A stretch of 64,000 bases of DNA from Malacoraja senta. Its lineage: Eukaryota. A program made the position numbers and the translations under genes. Location of the stretch: assembly GCA_038087875.1 (NCBI GenBank), contig CM075987.1, positions 16,618,001 to 16,682,000 of the forward strand, in the 5' to 3' direction. The notes under the pieces were generated by a model, which saw nothing but the letters and a program-made list of their open reading frames with translations, did not search any database and had not been told where the DNA came from. Positions 27,766-41,104 of the stretch are shown piece after piece. Each line of letters opens with the position of its first letter. Position 1 is the stretch's first letter.

Positions 27766-30716
27766 TAGCTGAGGGAACTGCTGAGTACTCCCAGTAAGTT
27801 TGTTTTTATTTGGGATTGCGAATTGAAATTGAAATTGAAATTGAAAAAATGTTGATAGCATTAGCTGTCAGAAACATCTCTTGTAGAATAATCTGTACTC
27901 GTATCTCGGGACCTGAGTCAATGCTAAGGCCAGCATTTATTGCCCATCTCCATTCGTCCCTGAGCAGGAGCTGGTGAGTTGATGCCGTGAACTGCTGCTG
28001 TCCTTCTGGTGAAGCTCTCGCACAATGAAGGGATGGCACTACTTTTCTAAATCAGGATGGATTGAGTGTTTAGTTTAGAGATATAGCGTGGAAACAGGCC
28101 CTTCGGCCCACTTGAGTGTGCTGACCAACGATCGCCCATACACTAGTTCTATCCTTCACACTAGGGACAATTTACAGAAGCTAATTAACATACAAACCTG
28201 CATGTCTTTGGGATGTGGGAGGAAACCGGAGCATCCGGAGGAAATCCACGCAGTCACAGGAGAAGGTACAAACTCCGTACGGACAGCACCCATAGTCAGG
28301 ATCAATGCCAGGTCTCTGGCACTGTGAGGCAGCAACTCTACCGCTACTCCCACGTTGGAGGAGAATCTGCCAGTTGTCAGATGTGAGTACCTGTTGCCCA
28401 TGTCCAACTGTGGTAGAGGTCATGAGTTTGGGAAGTGCTGTCACAGTATCTTGGACTGCAGAGCCATTTTGAAATGCCTTTTATTGAAGTCACTGCATGC
28501 TTGGGATGGAGGGATGAATTAAAAAGAACAAACTACTGGAGGAACTCAACTTATCAGGCAGCATCTGTGGAGGGAAATAGATGATATTTTGGGTTGGGAC
28601 CCTTCATCAGATTGATCAATCTGTCTGTCTTTGGCCTTCACAGATGCTGCCTGGCCCCACTGAGTTCCTCCAGCAGTTTGTTTTGTGGTTCAAGATTCCA
28701 GAATCTGCGGTTCCTCGTGTCTCCGTTATCCTGGATGGTGTTGAGCTTCTGTTGGAGCTGCACTCCTCCAAGCAAGTGGAACGTTTTCTATCACACCCCA
28801 GACCTGCTGCAGAATAGATGATTTTTTGTAGCCGCAGTATTTATGTGGCTGTCCCACTTCTGGCCAACAGTGCCCTCCGATTGTTTACGGTGAAAGACTC
28901 AATCACTGTTGTGCCTTTGAATATTACATGGAAGCAGTTACCTGTTGGAATTGGTGAATATTTGGGGTTTTTTGGCGTAAATTTGACTTACCCCCTGGCA
29001 ACCCAGGACTGAATGTTGTTTAGATGTTTCAGTGCTAGACTGCCGTGTGTGCTGAAGAGTGCAAGGGAATTGACCATTGCAATCACTGAGGAAAAACCTT
29101 TTCACACAGAGTTGTGAATTTGTGGAATTCTCTGCCTCCGAAGGCAGTGGAGGTCGATTCACTGGAGGATGCAAGTTAGATATAGCTCTTAGGGCTAACA
29201 GAATCAAGGGGATATGGGGAGAAGGCAGGAGCGGGGTACTGATTGTGGACGATCAGCCATGATCACATTGAATGGCGGTGCTGGCTCGAAGGGCTGAACG
29301 GCATACTACTCTTGCACCTATTGTCTATGTATCGATGTATCAGTGACCGTTGCCACTTCTGACCTTGTTCTGGAAGGAAGATCATTGATGAAGGCCCTTG
29401 TACTCCTGTAATCATGCCCTGGGGTTGGATGAGGAGACTTCCAACAACCACCGCCATCTTGCTGGGTGCAAGGGATCACTCCATCCATTGCCTTGTTCCC
29501 CTTTGACGTTGGTTTTACCACGGCTCCTGCAAGCAACATTCAGCCCAATGCTGCCTCGATGGATAAGGCAATCACTTTTACAAACAAAAACAGAAAATGC
29601 TGGAAAAACTCAGCAGGTCAGGCAGCATCTATGGAATGAGAAACAGTGAAAGCTTTGGTCTGCAGCCTTTCAAATGCTGGTGGTTGAGGGGAGACCTGAT
29701 ACAAGTATATTGAATTATGAGAGATATATAGGGTAGACTGTCAGAATCTTTTACCTTGGATGGAAATGCCATGGGCTAGAGGACGTAGCTTTAAGGTGAG
29801 GGGTGCAAAGTTTAATGGAGGTGTGCAGGGCAACTTAATTTACACGGAGAATGGTGGGTGCCCGGAACGTGCTGCCAGGGTTGGTGGTGGAGGCAGATAC
29901 GAGAGTAGTGTTTAAGAGACTTTTAGATGGGCACACAGGTGTGGATCAAATATAGATAGAGGAGATTAGTTAAACTTAACACCGTGTTCGGCACCGACAC
30001 TGTGGGCTGAAGGGCCCTTTCCAGTACTTCACTAGTTCTATGTTCTGTGTTGTAGTCATTGCATCACTGTTGAATAAGGCCAGGATCAGCCCCATTTGGA
30101 GGGCTTGGCTGGCAGATGACAAATGGCCATGGCATGAGTACTAGATGCTCACTGAACTCTGGATGAGTCGGCTCTCTGAAGAAGGGAAAAGGAAAGTGTG
30201 AGTTGTGGAACCCTTTTAGTTTTAATGTTGTCTGCCACATTAAATTCCCTCTCAGAATCCCAATGAAGTCCACTGCTGTCACAATGCATGATGTGCCGCT
30301 GTAGTTTTCAGCTCCCATCTGTCCCTGTGGATCTGCTTTAGAATTCAGGGCACAGAATGACTTGGAGTAGGCAACGCTCCTATTTTGAAGAAGACATTTG
30401 AAGTGTACTAATGATCAAACAGCTTTTGCATCCTTTGATCATTAACTGATGTACTGATGCCTTCCTTTTTGTTGAGGGACTCTAAATTAATAGCTCTGAT
30501 AGCACTTCCAAGTGTCAATTTAGCATGCTTCTCCTCTGTCTGTGGACACTGCCGAGCAACTACTCCCAGCTCACCCATGTGAGAGTGAGTGATTACAGCC
30601 GTGCCTGTACAATGAAGTAAAGCATGAGGTGATTCCTCGGGTAAATGCTGCCGTTTGGTGACTTGCCCATTAAGCGCTTCTCTGGGTTAAATGCTACCTT
30701 TATTTGCGATTGCACA

Positions 30717-31015
30717 GGGCGGCACAGTGGTAGAGCTGTTGCCTCACAGCACCGGAGACCCGGGGTTGATCCTGATCTCGGTTGCTGTCCATGTGGAGAT
30801 CGTATGTTCTCCCTGTGATGGTGTGGGTTTCCTCCATGTGCCTTTGTTTTCTCCCACATCCCAAACGCATGCAGTTGGCCCTAGTGTGTAGGTGAGCAGT
30901 AGAATCCAAAGACAGTTGAAGAAAATGCGGGGAGAATTAACCAAAATGGGATGACTGTAGGATTAGTACGAACAGGTGGTCTAAATGGGCTAAAGGGCCT
31001 GTGTGTGTGCTGTAT
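30717..31015 (+). mobile_element. tRNA-derived SINE (HE1/V-SINE-like)
   Basis: gggcggcacagtggtagagctgttgcctcacagc...ggttgatcctga gives A/B-box-like head. Central gtgggtttcctcc...ttctcccacatcccaaa domain and CR1-like tail gggctaaagggcctgt. Confidence 0.8.
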
Positions 31016-31653
31016 TATCTCCCTCCCTTTCACTCCTTCTCCCTACTGCATCGGTCTGATGTGAAACAATGCTGATCCATTCCCTCCACAAATGCTGCCT
31101 GACCGGCTGAGTTAATGCACAGTCCTTTTTCCCAGGACTGGATGATATTGGTTTAAGGTGAGGGAGAAAAAAGCAATGGGAACCTGAGGGACAACTTTTT
31201 CACACAGAGGGTGATGGGTGTATGGAACGAGCTACCAAATGAGGTACTTGAGACAGGTACAATAACAGCATTAAAAGGCACTTGGACATGTTCATGGATA
31301 CGAAAGGTTTAGAGGGAAGTGGGACTAGCTTTGATGGGGCATCTTGGTCGGCATGGACGAGTTGGGCTGAAGGGCCTGTTTCAGTGAGATTCTATGACAA
31401 GGGCCATAGGCTCACCGCTGCCATTAGCGTCGTGATCCTACCATTGGCTTTGCAGTCTGGGATTGGGAAGTGTATCAGTCTATCAGTTGTGATCACCGAG
31501 CAAACCTGCCGGATTAGGGGTGGGGTATCATTGGGAGAACTAAGGGCCCAGGTTAACTGTGCCCTCTAGGAGAGCTAGGTGAACCTTAGATAGACACAAA
31601 GTTCTGGAGTAACACAGCGGGTCAGACAGCATCTCTGGAGTAAAAGGATGGGT

Positions 31654-31681
31654 GACGTTTCGGGTCGGAACCCTTCTTCAG
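31654..31681 (-). ncRNA. Minimal hammerhead motif in a short PLE-derived repeat (repeat spans about 31588-31682)
   Basis: Minus strand CTGAAGA-A-GGGTT-CC-GACCC-GAAAC-GTC. Confidence 0.55.
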
Positions 31682-32514
31682 AGGTGAACCTTAATAATGT
31701 TTGGGAGATGAGCACTGAAGTGGATCTTTATCGAGATCGAGGAAGTTGAACCAGTTTTTTTTTAAATTCAAGTCTCCCTGGCAATTCAGTTTCAGCCTCA
31801 TCTAAACACTTAAACTAAAATAGAATCTCAATCCTACAAAAATAAGGCAGTGCATCAACTGTTATTGAGGCAACTCCACATAATGGGTGCCACCACAGTC
31901 CGTTTCATTCTTAGGGAACAGTTTGACGGCAAGTGGTCACTTGGCAGTTAAGACGACGCAGATCAAAGTGTCAACGTTAAATATAATTAAGTCAAGTGCA
32001 CAAACTACTGACAGTGAACTTCACTCCTGCTGAGCTTAAACAAGATGTCAACGTTTACCCAGGTGAGTTTTGGGGTTAATACCACACCAATTTGTGCTGC
32101 TTAAATGGGGGATTGGGAGGAATTGCCAAGTAGCAAATCAGACCATTCCAAAGATCTAGTTGGATTGGAGCAAATGGCCCCAGCTCAGTAATCCCAGGGA
32201 GATATGGGGAAGGCCAAAGATAGACATATAATGCTGGAGTAACTCAGCGGGTCAGGCAGCATCTCTGGGGATAAAGGATGGGTGACGTTTCGGGTCAGGC
32301 CATCCCGGTTGAAAGATACATATAACACCTCAAGAGAAATTTACTTCACTTACATTGTCCAGCAAGTATTTTAGCTATGATACTATCATAAACTTTTGTC
32401 AAGCAATAACTCGGAACAAAATGTCATGATTAACATTCAAACAAATTGACTAGTCTTTTATCTCCTTGTTTGTGGAGACATCCTGCCTGCTGCCTTTGCC
32501 AAGCACATAATCAT

Positions 32515-32646
32515 AGAGTGTAGGAAGGAACTGCAGATGCTGGTTTACACCGAAGATAGACACAAAATGCTGGAGTAACTCAGCGGGACAGGCAGCATCT
32601 CTGGAGAGAAGAAATGGGTGACGTTTCGTGTCGAGACCCTTCTTCA
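32515..32646 (-). mobile_element. Representative short PLE-derived repeat (about 130 bp). Dozens of copies or fragments occur across the window.
   Basis: gaaggaactgcagatgctgg...gagtaactcagcgggacaggcagcatctctggagagaag...gtgacgtttcg. Similar copies lie at about 1, 900, 2440, 7860, 9400, 11880, 22010, 25090, 28530, 32215, 35195, 36500, 38835, 41440, 42770, 44850, 49600, 50300, 57820, 59745, 60100, 61840 and 62400. Confidence 0.85.
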
Positions 32647-33215
32647 TAGAACATAGAAGGGTGCAGTGTAGGAATAGGCCCTTCAGCCCACAATTTCAAT
32701 GCTGGTCATGATGCCGACCAACTCTTATCTGCCTGCACGTAATTCATATCCCTCCATTCCCTGCATATCCGTGTGCTTATCTAAAAGTCTCTTAAATGCC
32801 ACTATCATATCTGAATCCACCTCCATCCCCGGCAGTGTGTTTCAGGCACTCACCACCCTCTGTGTAAAACAAAAACTTGCCTGTACATCTCCTTGAAACT
32901 TTGCCCCTCTCACCTTAAAGCTATGCCCTCTAGTATTTGCTATTTCCATCCTGGGGAATAAGGTTCTGACTCTCTACCCTATCAATGCCTCTCATAGTAT
33001 GATATACTTCTATCAAGTCCCCCTCAACCTTTGGCGTTCCAGAGAGAGCAATCCAAGTTTGACCAACCTCTCCTGATAGCAAAAACTGCTAATCCAGGCA
33101 TCATTCTAGTAATCCAACTCTGTGCTCTCTCCAAAACCTCACGCAATACATGAAATGGGACCTAACCAAAGTCCTATAAAGCTGCACAATGACTTCTTGA
33201 CTCTATACTCTATAA
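32645..33215 (-). mobile_element. CR1/HER1-like LINE 3' end
   Basis: Reverse complement of the 27300-27765 family, with a (catagaa)n tail on the + strand. Confidence 0.8.
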
Positions 33216-33357
33216 TGATTATTTCGGTGCCCATGAAGCACCTTGTGGCAGTGTGACCCCTGAGAGGCAATGTAAAAATGGAAGTTTCTCCATTCATATG
33301 AAATTATTTGTGTTCACCCAACAAGTCATCCCAAACATTTTCTGTAATACTCTACCT

Positions 33358-34002
33358 CAAAGATAGACACAAAGTGCTGGAGTAACTCAGCGGATCACGC
33401 AGCCTCTCTGGAGAACAAGGATGGATGATGCTTTGGGTCAGGACCCTTTTCACACTGGAAGTAGGAGGTGAGGGAGGGGGGAGGGGTGAAGAGCTGGAGG
33501 CGAGAAAAGTCCAGGAATAATCAGAGCTGGCCACAAATGACCTCAATTGTAGGCCCATTGTTGGCTAGGGAAGGTGTGATGTCAAGAGGGTAACAATGTG
33601 AAGAACTGTGGAACTGGTAAAATGACTAGGTTGGAGGAAAGGGGCGAGGGGGAGGGGGAGGGGGAGGGGGAGCAGAGAGGAGTGATAGTAGACGCTGCTT
33701 AAAATGAGAGAATTCAATGTTCATATCTCTTGGATGCAAGCCACCCAAGTGAAATATGAGGTGCTGTTCCTCCAGATTGCATGTAGCTTCACTCTGGCAA
33801 TGTAGGAGGCCCATGACAGAAAGGTCAGTATGGGAAGAGAAAGGGGAGTTAAAATGGTTGTCAACCAGGAGATCCCGTACACCCAGGTGGACTGAGCGTA
33901 AGTGTTCAGCGACATGGTTGCAGAGTTTACATTTGGTCTCGCCGATGTACAGGAACCCACATCGGGGACACCGGGTGCAGTAGATGAGGTTAGAGGAGGT
34001 CT
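33358..34002 (-). mobile_element. Penelope-like element (PLE) 3' fragment with GIY-YIG endonuclease remnant
   Basis: Minus frame reads IYCTRCPRCGFLYIGETKCKLCNHVAEHLRSV...NHFNS...LEEQHLIFHLGGLHPRDMNIEF. It is followed by a 3' UTR and the short terminal repeat seen throughout the window. Confidence 0.9.
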
Positions 34003-34139
34003 AACATGAAAGGACTGTCGGGGTCCGATCAGGGGATGGAAGATGAGTGTGCGAGAGGGAAGGAGCAGGGTGGCTGGGACGGGATGGTGTGCACTGTGGA
34101 GTAGAGGCTGCAGGAATGAGAGGTGAGGGTGGGAATGTA

Positions 34140-34420
34140 TTACATAAATTGGAGAATTCAATGATCATACCATTGGGTTTGTAAACTACTCAAGCGGAAT
34201 GTGAGATGATGTTCCTCGATTTTGTGCGTGGCCTCAGTTTAGCATTGGAGGAGACCCAGGACAAAAAGGTCAGTCTGGCAACGGGACAGGGAGTTAAAAT
34301 AGTTAGGAACTGGGAAATCCAGCGGGCCTTGGCGGACTGAGTGCAAGTGCTTGGCAAAATGGTCACCTAGTCTTATGCTAGGTATCACCAATGTAAAGGA
34401 GTCCACATTGAACCCAATTG
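34140..34420 (-). mobile_element. Second, more decayed PLE GIY-YIG fragment
   Basis: Collinear similarity to 33700-33985 (ggagaattcaatg...gttcctc...aaaggtcagt...ggagttaaaat...ggactgag). Confidence 0.75.
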
Positions 34421-36329
34421 AATGCTGATTTTATTAAAGATTTTGCCATATTGTTCTAGTTTCTTCAAAAGTTGTAATTACATCTTGATTTGTGATTGTC
34501 TGACCAACTCAAATGGAAAGTCACTTCCAGATATTTGTAGAGGAGGCATTTATGCGACTGCTTGTAAAAAGTGGCTCTTTGACAGTACTGTCTGTGACAG
34601 TGGTGACCTTCTCCACTTGCTTATAGCTCTGGGCACAATGAAGAAAGCTGTCCGTGAACTGGGGCTGTTACAGGTACAGCACTATAATGGTTAAATTGCT
34701 GGATTAGTAATCCAGAACCCTGAACTAATTAAATCAAATTTACCATGACAGCTGGCAAATTTAAATTCAGTTAATTAATTAATGTGGAATAAAAAGCTTG
34801 TATCAGTGATGGTGACCATTAAACTACCAGATTATCATTTAAACCCATCTGGTCCATGTGATGTCAGCAAGCTTGTTGAGTAGCTAATCACGTTTTTAAA
34901 AATAAATTACACAGGCACCACATTCAGAATCAAAAGGCACACTTTTTAATTAACTTTTTAAACATTACACACTGTTGCACAAAGATAAACATCCCACATA
35001 ATTAAGGTGGAAACTAAAGGGCCATAAACAATTTTAATAGAAAAAATATTTAAGATTTTGAAATATTTTTAGGTTTTACAAGGCACATGGGTATAGATTA
35101 GATTTCTGGAATTGTGTACTGAACAATAAGGCATGGTATACAATTTAAAAACGTAATCCTCAAGTAACAAATTGGAAGATTTTCAGTAAAAAGAAATTGC
35201 TGGAGGAACTCAGCGGATCAGGCAGCCTCTTTGGAGGGGATCGACACGAAAATGCTGGAGTAATTCAGCAGGACAGGCAGCATCTCTGGAGAAGGAATGG
35301 GTGGCGTTTCGGGTCGAGACTCTTCTTCAGACTCACTGACCCCTTCTGTGGAGGGGAATGGACACGATGTTTCGGGTTGGGATCCATCTTCAGTCATTTT
35401 CTCCTCAGATGCTGCCTGACCTGCTGAGTTACTCGAGCACTTTGTTTTGCCCAACACTCCTGGCTGATTAAAGAAAGCAAGTAGAAAGCAAGAAGTTTCT
35501 CTTCTCTCTTTAAGACCATAATAGGAGCAGAATTAGGCCATTCGGCCCATTAAGTCTACTCCGCCATTCAATCTTGGCTGATCTATCTCTCCCTCCTAAC
35601 CCCATTCTTTTGCCTTCTACCCATAACCTCTGACACCCGTACTAATCAATAATCTACCTATCTCCGCCTTAAATATATCCACTGACTTTGCCTCCACAGC
35701 CTTCTGTGGCAAAGAATTCCACAGATTCACCACCCTCTGACTAAAGAAATTCCTCCTTCCTAAAATAATGTCCTTTAATTCTGAGGCTTTGACCTCTAGT
35801 CCTAGACTCTCCCACTAGTGGAAACATCCTCTCCACATCCTTTGGTCCCAATGTATACCCTGTGAACAACACCCCTTTAACAGATTACCTAGCCATTATC
35901 ACATTGCTTGTGGGAGTTTTGTCGGGCTCAAATTAGTGCCCTGTTTTCCTACATAACAACCATGGCCACACTTCAGAAGCATTTGGCTAGTGGCTGCAAA
36001 GTGTGTTGGAACGCCCTGAGTACGACAATCCCGGGCACCATTATCGTAATTGAAGCATGAAGTTGGAAATCGCTAATAATAATAATAATTGAACGATGAT
36101 TGGGTCGGTCAACACACCGTAACTATTTCAAACTTTCAAATCAATTCCTTGACCTCTCGCACACATGGATGCAGGCACTAACATTACATGTTTGTCATTT
36201 CCCCAAATAATTCCAATCGAACAGCGTTGCTTTTAAAGATGAATCTGGACATAGGTTTGAGAGCTCTGTGATGCGGAGTTGTCTGCTGACTGACTGACCC
36301 TCGCCCTGTTCTGTTCTCTTGTCTTCCAG

Positions 36330-36378
36330 GCGGCCCGGCATTCTCGTCCTCATTAACGACGCCGACTGGGAACTCTTG
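36330..36378 (+). CDS. URM1: URM1 coding exon, equivalent to human exon 4
   Basis: Polypyrimidine tract ending cttccag, then G CGG CCC GGC...CTC TTG|gttggt. The 49 nt encode RPGILVLINDADWELL, the conserved URM1 motif. Confidence 0.97.
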
Positions 36379-37606
36379 GTTGGTATCATGATCCATTCCC
36401 ATTCGATTTCGCTTTGTAGTTCGCCTTGACCTAGTAATTATTGGAGCCAGAACCATCGCAATTGAATGAGAGACGTAAACCGCTCCCGTTACTGATAAAG
36501 ACACACAATGTTGGAGTAATTCAGCGGGTCTGGCAGCATCTCTGGAGATACACGGATAGGTGACGTTTCGGGTCGGGACCCGTCTGCCAAACGTCGCCCA
36601 TCCATGTTCTCCAGAGATGCTGCTTAACTCCACACTTTGTCTTTTTTATTGGTAACCCAGCATCTACAGTTCCTCGCGTCTATCCGTTACCGATGGGCCG
36701 CTGTTAGTCTATTATATGATCGCACCCCCAAGCAAATCAAACGGGGTTATGTGTGGGGTTATATCAGCAAGCTCTTTCGGAAGAATGTAGTTTATGTGAT
36801 ATCTGTATATGCATTTCTATTACATTGGCCCCCTCATCGTGTGGTTGTAGCTACGGCCAGGTGCCATAGCCTGGACCTAACACTAAAAATATTTACACCA
36901 TTCTAGGTGGGCGAATCACAATAGTTAGATAACTATGTAAATAATCTACACCATTTTCCCTTGTTTTGCAATAAACATCCCTCCATTTTATCCCCCCCAA
37001 TAGAAAATGGCTGCTCTCAATAGCTGCTCCCTGTTGTTTAAGATCGAATAATGTTATGGTTGATTTATTCTGGGAGGGAAGGCCATGGAGACTAGGAGTA
37101 TTTTATTTTTACATGTTATTTTCCTCTGTTCATTTCGGGTCAACGTCGCCCCCTTTCTGATCAGGAGGTGCCAACTTTGGACGTTGGGCCACTTCAAATT
37201 AAGAGTTAATCCATTACAAACGAAATGTGACCGAAAAGTCATCTATACCTGTTCTCCAGAGATGCTGTCTGGCCCGCTGAGTTACTCCAGTAGTTGGAAA
37301 CCAGCACCTTGTTTCTCTAAACATGTTTGGAATGAGGACGGCAGGAGACAGGAGGTGCTGGAAGCATTCGCAAACCTCACAGAATGATTGAAACATATAA
37401 AACAAAGATATTCAGCGAGAAATCCCATTAACGCCAGGGCCCAAGGAGATGTCCAAGCGCATCTAGAAAGGGGGCATGCTAACGAATATTTAATTTTGAT
37501 TTCCAAACGCTATTGTAAATTGTTTAACGAATTAATTGTACTTACTATATATTCGGTAACTAACAGTGGCTATGATTTTTCCCCCCTATCGTTTTGTTTT
37601 CGATAG

Positions 37607-37675
37607 GGCCAATTGGATTGCACGCTGGATGACCGAGATAACGTTGTGTTTATATCAACTTTACACGGTGGTTAA
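37607..37675 (+). CDS. URM1: URM1 last coding exon with C-terminal di-glycine
   Basis: ttttcgatag|GGC CAA...GGT GGT TAA encodes GQLDCTLDDRDNVVFISTLHGG*. Ends in the URM1 ISTLHGG signature. AATAAA hexamers follow at 37687, 37851 and 37931. Confidence 0.97.
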   Translation, partial: GQLDCTLDDRDNVVFISTLHGG

Positions 37676-39309
37676 GGAACATTTAAAATAAAAGGCGAGA
37701 GATTTTTTTACGACAAGATCTAATTGTAGTCTTCGTTACACACATCTTCTCACAGTTATGTGTAATTTACAAGTCGTTTGACCTCTGTTGCATTAGGATT
37801 GCGGCCAAAACCGAGAAAATTGGTCGTTAAGTAAGAATCGCAAGGTAGAAAATAAAATACGCTTCTATTATGACCCTTAAAGTCCTTAATCCCTTCTGTA
37901 CGAAATAATAATTCCGTCAAATGATATGGCAATAAAATGGCATGTTTTAACATAATCGAGTCAACCCTGCAAGGATTAACATGGAAAATGGCAACATTCA
38001 ACGAAATTGATACATTTAAAATGCTATCTTTTTTTATTGTTGTTTATATCTTGTGAAGTTATGTAATAACGAATATTGGACGAAGCTGTACGCAATATAT
38101 TCTTAGCCGTCCTTCCACGTGTAATTGTATTACCCTTTCTCGTCTCCCCCCCGCCCCCCCCCTTTTCCCAGACCCATACGCAAATACCGTCTAAAATCAG
38201 CCATCACTAATGTCCGTGCGCGAAACACAGTTGCAGCGTAATGATATCTAATTAAAGAGGGAAATGTTTGAAACCCTTCCCTTTACCTGCCTTACCGTTT
38301 ACTGCGGCTCCCAAAGCTGTAATATAACGTAATTCCACACTTATAACATAAACTCTTTCAAATATATATCGAAAATTGGTTGGACACCGTCGGATGCTAA
38401 AATCCCTTGAGAATTGGCAAACGCATTTTAGAGAAAACTGGTTTTGTGAACGATTAGAGGCACAATACTTTTTTTTTTTACCAATACCTGATTGATTTTG
38501 TTGAATATAATTCGTATTTCTACATTAATATTATCTTGAAAACAGAACTGTGCCCCATGGGGAAAAGTTAGGTCGATGGCGCGGAACAGGTGCTGTTAAG
38601 TTTCAGTGCAACGTCAGAATATTTTATTAATTTAAGTAAATATATACAGATCACATTACCGATCGCCACAGACAATCTTCAATGCAGAATAAATGAAACC
38701 TGCTCAATTGCTACAAAGTCTTGCATTGTACACACAAAAAAGGTAACAGTTTATCGAATACAAAGATGTATCTAACTTAACCTGATGCTCTTGGTTTGTT
38801 ACAATAACTGGTGATTGTACATTGAGACATAACGTAAGATAGACACAAAATGCTGTAGTAACTCAACGGGACAGGAGCATCTCTGGAGAGAAGGAATGGG
38901 TGACGTTTCGGGTCGAGACCCTTCTTCAAGACATAACATCACATCGCGTTTGTAAATTATGTTTTAAAACTAGATTGCTTTTAACATGTAAACCACTTCC
39001 TTGCAAAACAGACGATGTAAACATAACCGGGATGTGTATGTTTTTTGGTCCAGTGATGTGCCGGTTCAATATAAAATCTGTATCCGCTCCTTCAGGATTT
39101 TGGTACCAAATATGTTTCCAAAATTCGTAAAAATCCCATTTGTTTCCTTTCTGTCTCTGCCGAGGATTTGTCCGTCTTGCCGTTCCTTTTAATTAAATCC
39201 GCCCCCCCCCCCTCCCTCCACTCCGGTTCTGACCATAAACTGGAGAGTTAAAAAAATATATATACTCTTCCCCCCCTGTCTCAGCACTGTAGACGAAAGC
39301 AGATTGTGA

Positions 39310-39398
39310 AAATCCAGCTACGGATGTCCATCCACAATTCTCGGGGTCTGAACAGTGAAAGCACAAGAATTGCGTTTGGACAATCAATAGCGAGAATT
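39310..39398 (-). ncRNA. MIR219A2: mir-219-2 precursor hairpin
   Basis: Minus strand 39386-39366 reads TGATTGTCCAAACGCAATTCT, which is mature miR-219-5p. Minus strand 39341-39320 reads AGAATTGTGGATGGACATCCGT, resembling miR-219-2-3p. The arms are complementary with a 24-nt loop. It lies antisense and just 3' of URM1, as in human. Confidence 0.97.
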
Positions 39399-41056
39399 TC
39401 TGAGCCTTTTTTTTCCTGGAGGCTGCGTTTTGTCTCCGATGAAACACATACACACACACGTACATTTGAAGCAGATTTGCTGACAAACGCACTCTCCGCC
39501 AATTTGCATCTCGTCTGGTTTGTGATCCAATAAAGACGGAACCATGAGAATTAAATCGCACAACGTTCTCCAAAGAGAATGCGGGCGATTTATAAAAATA
39601 CCAGCACGGCCAGACTGACGGTGTTTTCTTTTTGGTAACAAGGGCCGCAACATTTTGGCCACCATTTTCGCGTCAACACATATTGCATTCGTTCAAGCAA
39701 ACATATGTATTAAAAAAAATAATACGAAATCTCGCTTTTTAAGATAAAAAATAAAATGGGAATCTTAGTATTACCTTTGAAATCTAACCGGACACGGTTG
39801 CAGCAATCGTGCAGTGATACGCACCTCACACACATTAAAAGACCTGTAATGGGTTATAAAAAGGATGGGAGGGGGAGGGGGAGGGGAGGATGGAGTTTTC
39901 TCTTATTCCCTCTTCTTTAAGCATCGGTATTCCCGCAGACGTGACTTTTCCCCTCCATCTAAGACTCGCGGTCCTCAAACTCCGCTGGTAGATGTGGAAT
40001 TCGCTCCGCGTTTGCTGGCTCAGTTAGTGTGAAACGGGGTTTGCTTCTTGAGCGCTCTCTCTTCTTCCTCTCACCCCCCCCCCCTCCTCCCCCGCCTGCC
40101 GTCGAACAATAAATGTACAGTGACCAAAGGGGCGAGAGAGCGAAAAAAGGCGATTGTCTTCAATTGGCACTGCATTTGAATAACGCCACGGGGTGATAAA
40201 TGGCCATTGTGACCGGGTAATGAATCTGTGCAGTCTCTATAGCAAAGAACGGCAGCTGGGAAATATCCAGGCACTTCTTAAAGCAAACACCATCGGAAAA
40301 TCTAAAGAAAACCTTCACATAAGGTTCGAGGCTCTATTTAATATATGCAATATTATATATAATACACATCTGTTCCATGAGAAAATTATTTGTTTCTAAA
40401 TAAACAGCGGGTGCTTTCTTACTGTCAGATATCAAGATGTTTGGGTTTTACCACGTGCATATCTATAAGTATCCCGATATTATATCTGGTGCACTTTTAT
40501 AAGCCGTTCAAGGTACTTTAGGCCCAATGGCACTGACTGATTGGCGGTTGTACGAGGGCGCAGAGTGATACAAGACAACACGCGGCCAACAGGCGACGTC
40601 CCCACTTTACTCCTTGTTAATCTCATCGCTCAGAGGCAAATATTTAACCGTTTTGTTTGGTGCATCAATTCTGATTTGTTTTATTTATCCGCCAGGCGTC
40701 AGGCTTCGGGCTGAAGACTCGTTTCCTGATACATCCATTCGTTTATTTATTTTCGGGATCCTCCACAGCTCCCGTTAGCTTTATTGATATCTTGGTATCC
40801 TTTATTGGCCTCTTGGTATCCTCCTTAAAACATGTTTTGTTTTGTTGGCCCCGGGACCTGTCCACGCCAAGTACACAATAATGTGGTTTTAAAAAAATAT
40901 ATATAAATGCTTAATCCTGGTTCAGCATAATTTAGGGACTGATTCACTGAAGTTACGAGTTCACATGCATGTTAATCATTTCGTGTTAAAACAAAATCAT
41001 GTCCACTTTTCCCTGTTTTCATTGCATTTCACACCGCCTAACGCCGCTTTGCCTCT

Positions 41057-41104
41057 ATGTGTGTGTGTGTGTGTGTGTGTGCGTGTGTGTTTGTGTTTGT
41101 GTGT
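41057..41104. repeat. (TG)n microsatellite
   Basis: Direct reading. Confidence 0.95.

Noticed and set aside
30717..30790. tRNA gene
   Set aside because: It is the tRNA-derived head of a SINE continuing into the SINE body and LINE-like tail. No complete cloverleaf.
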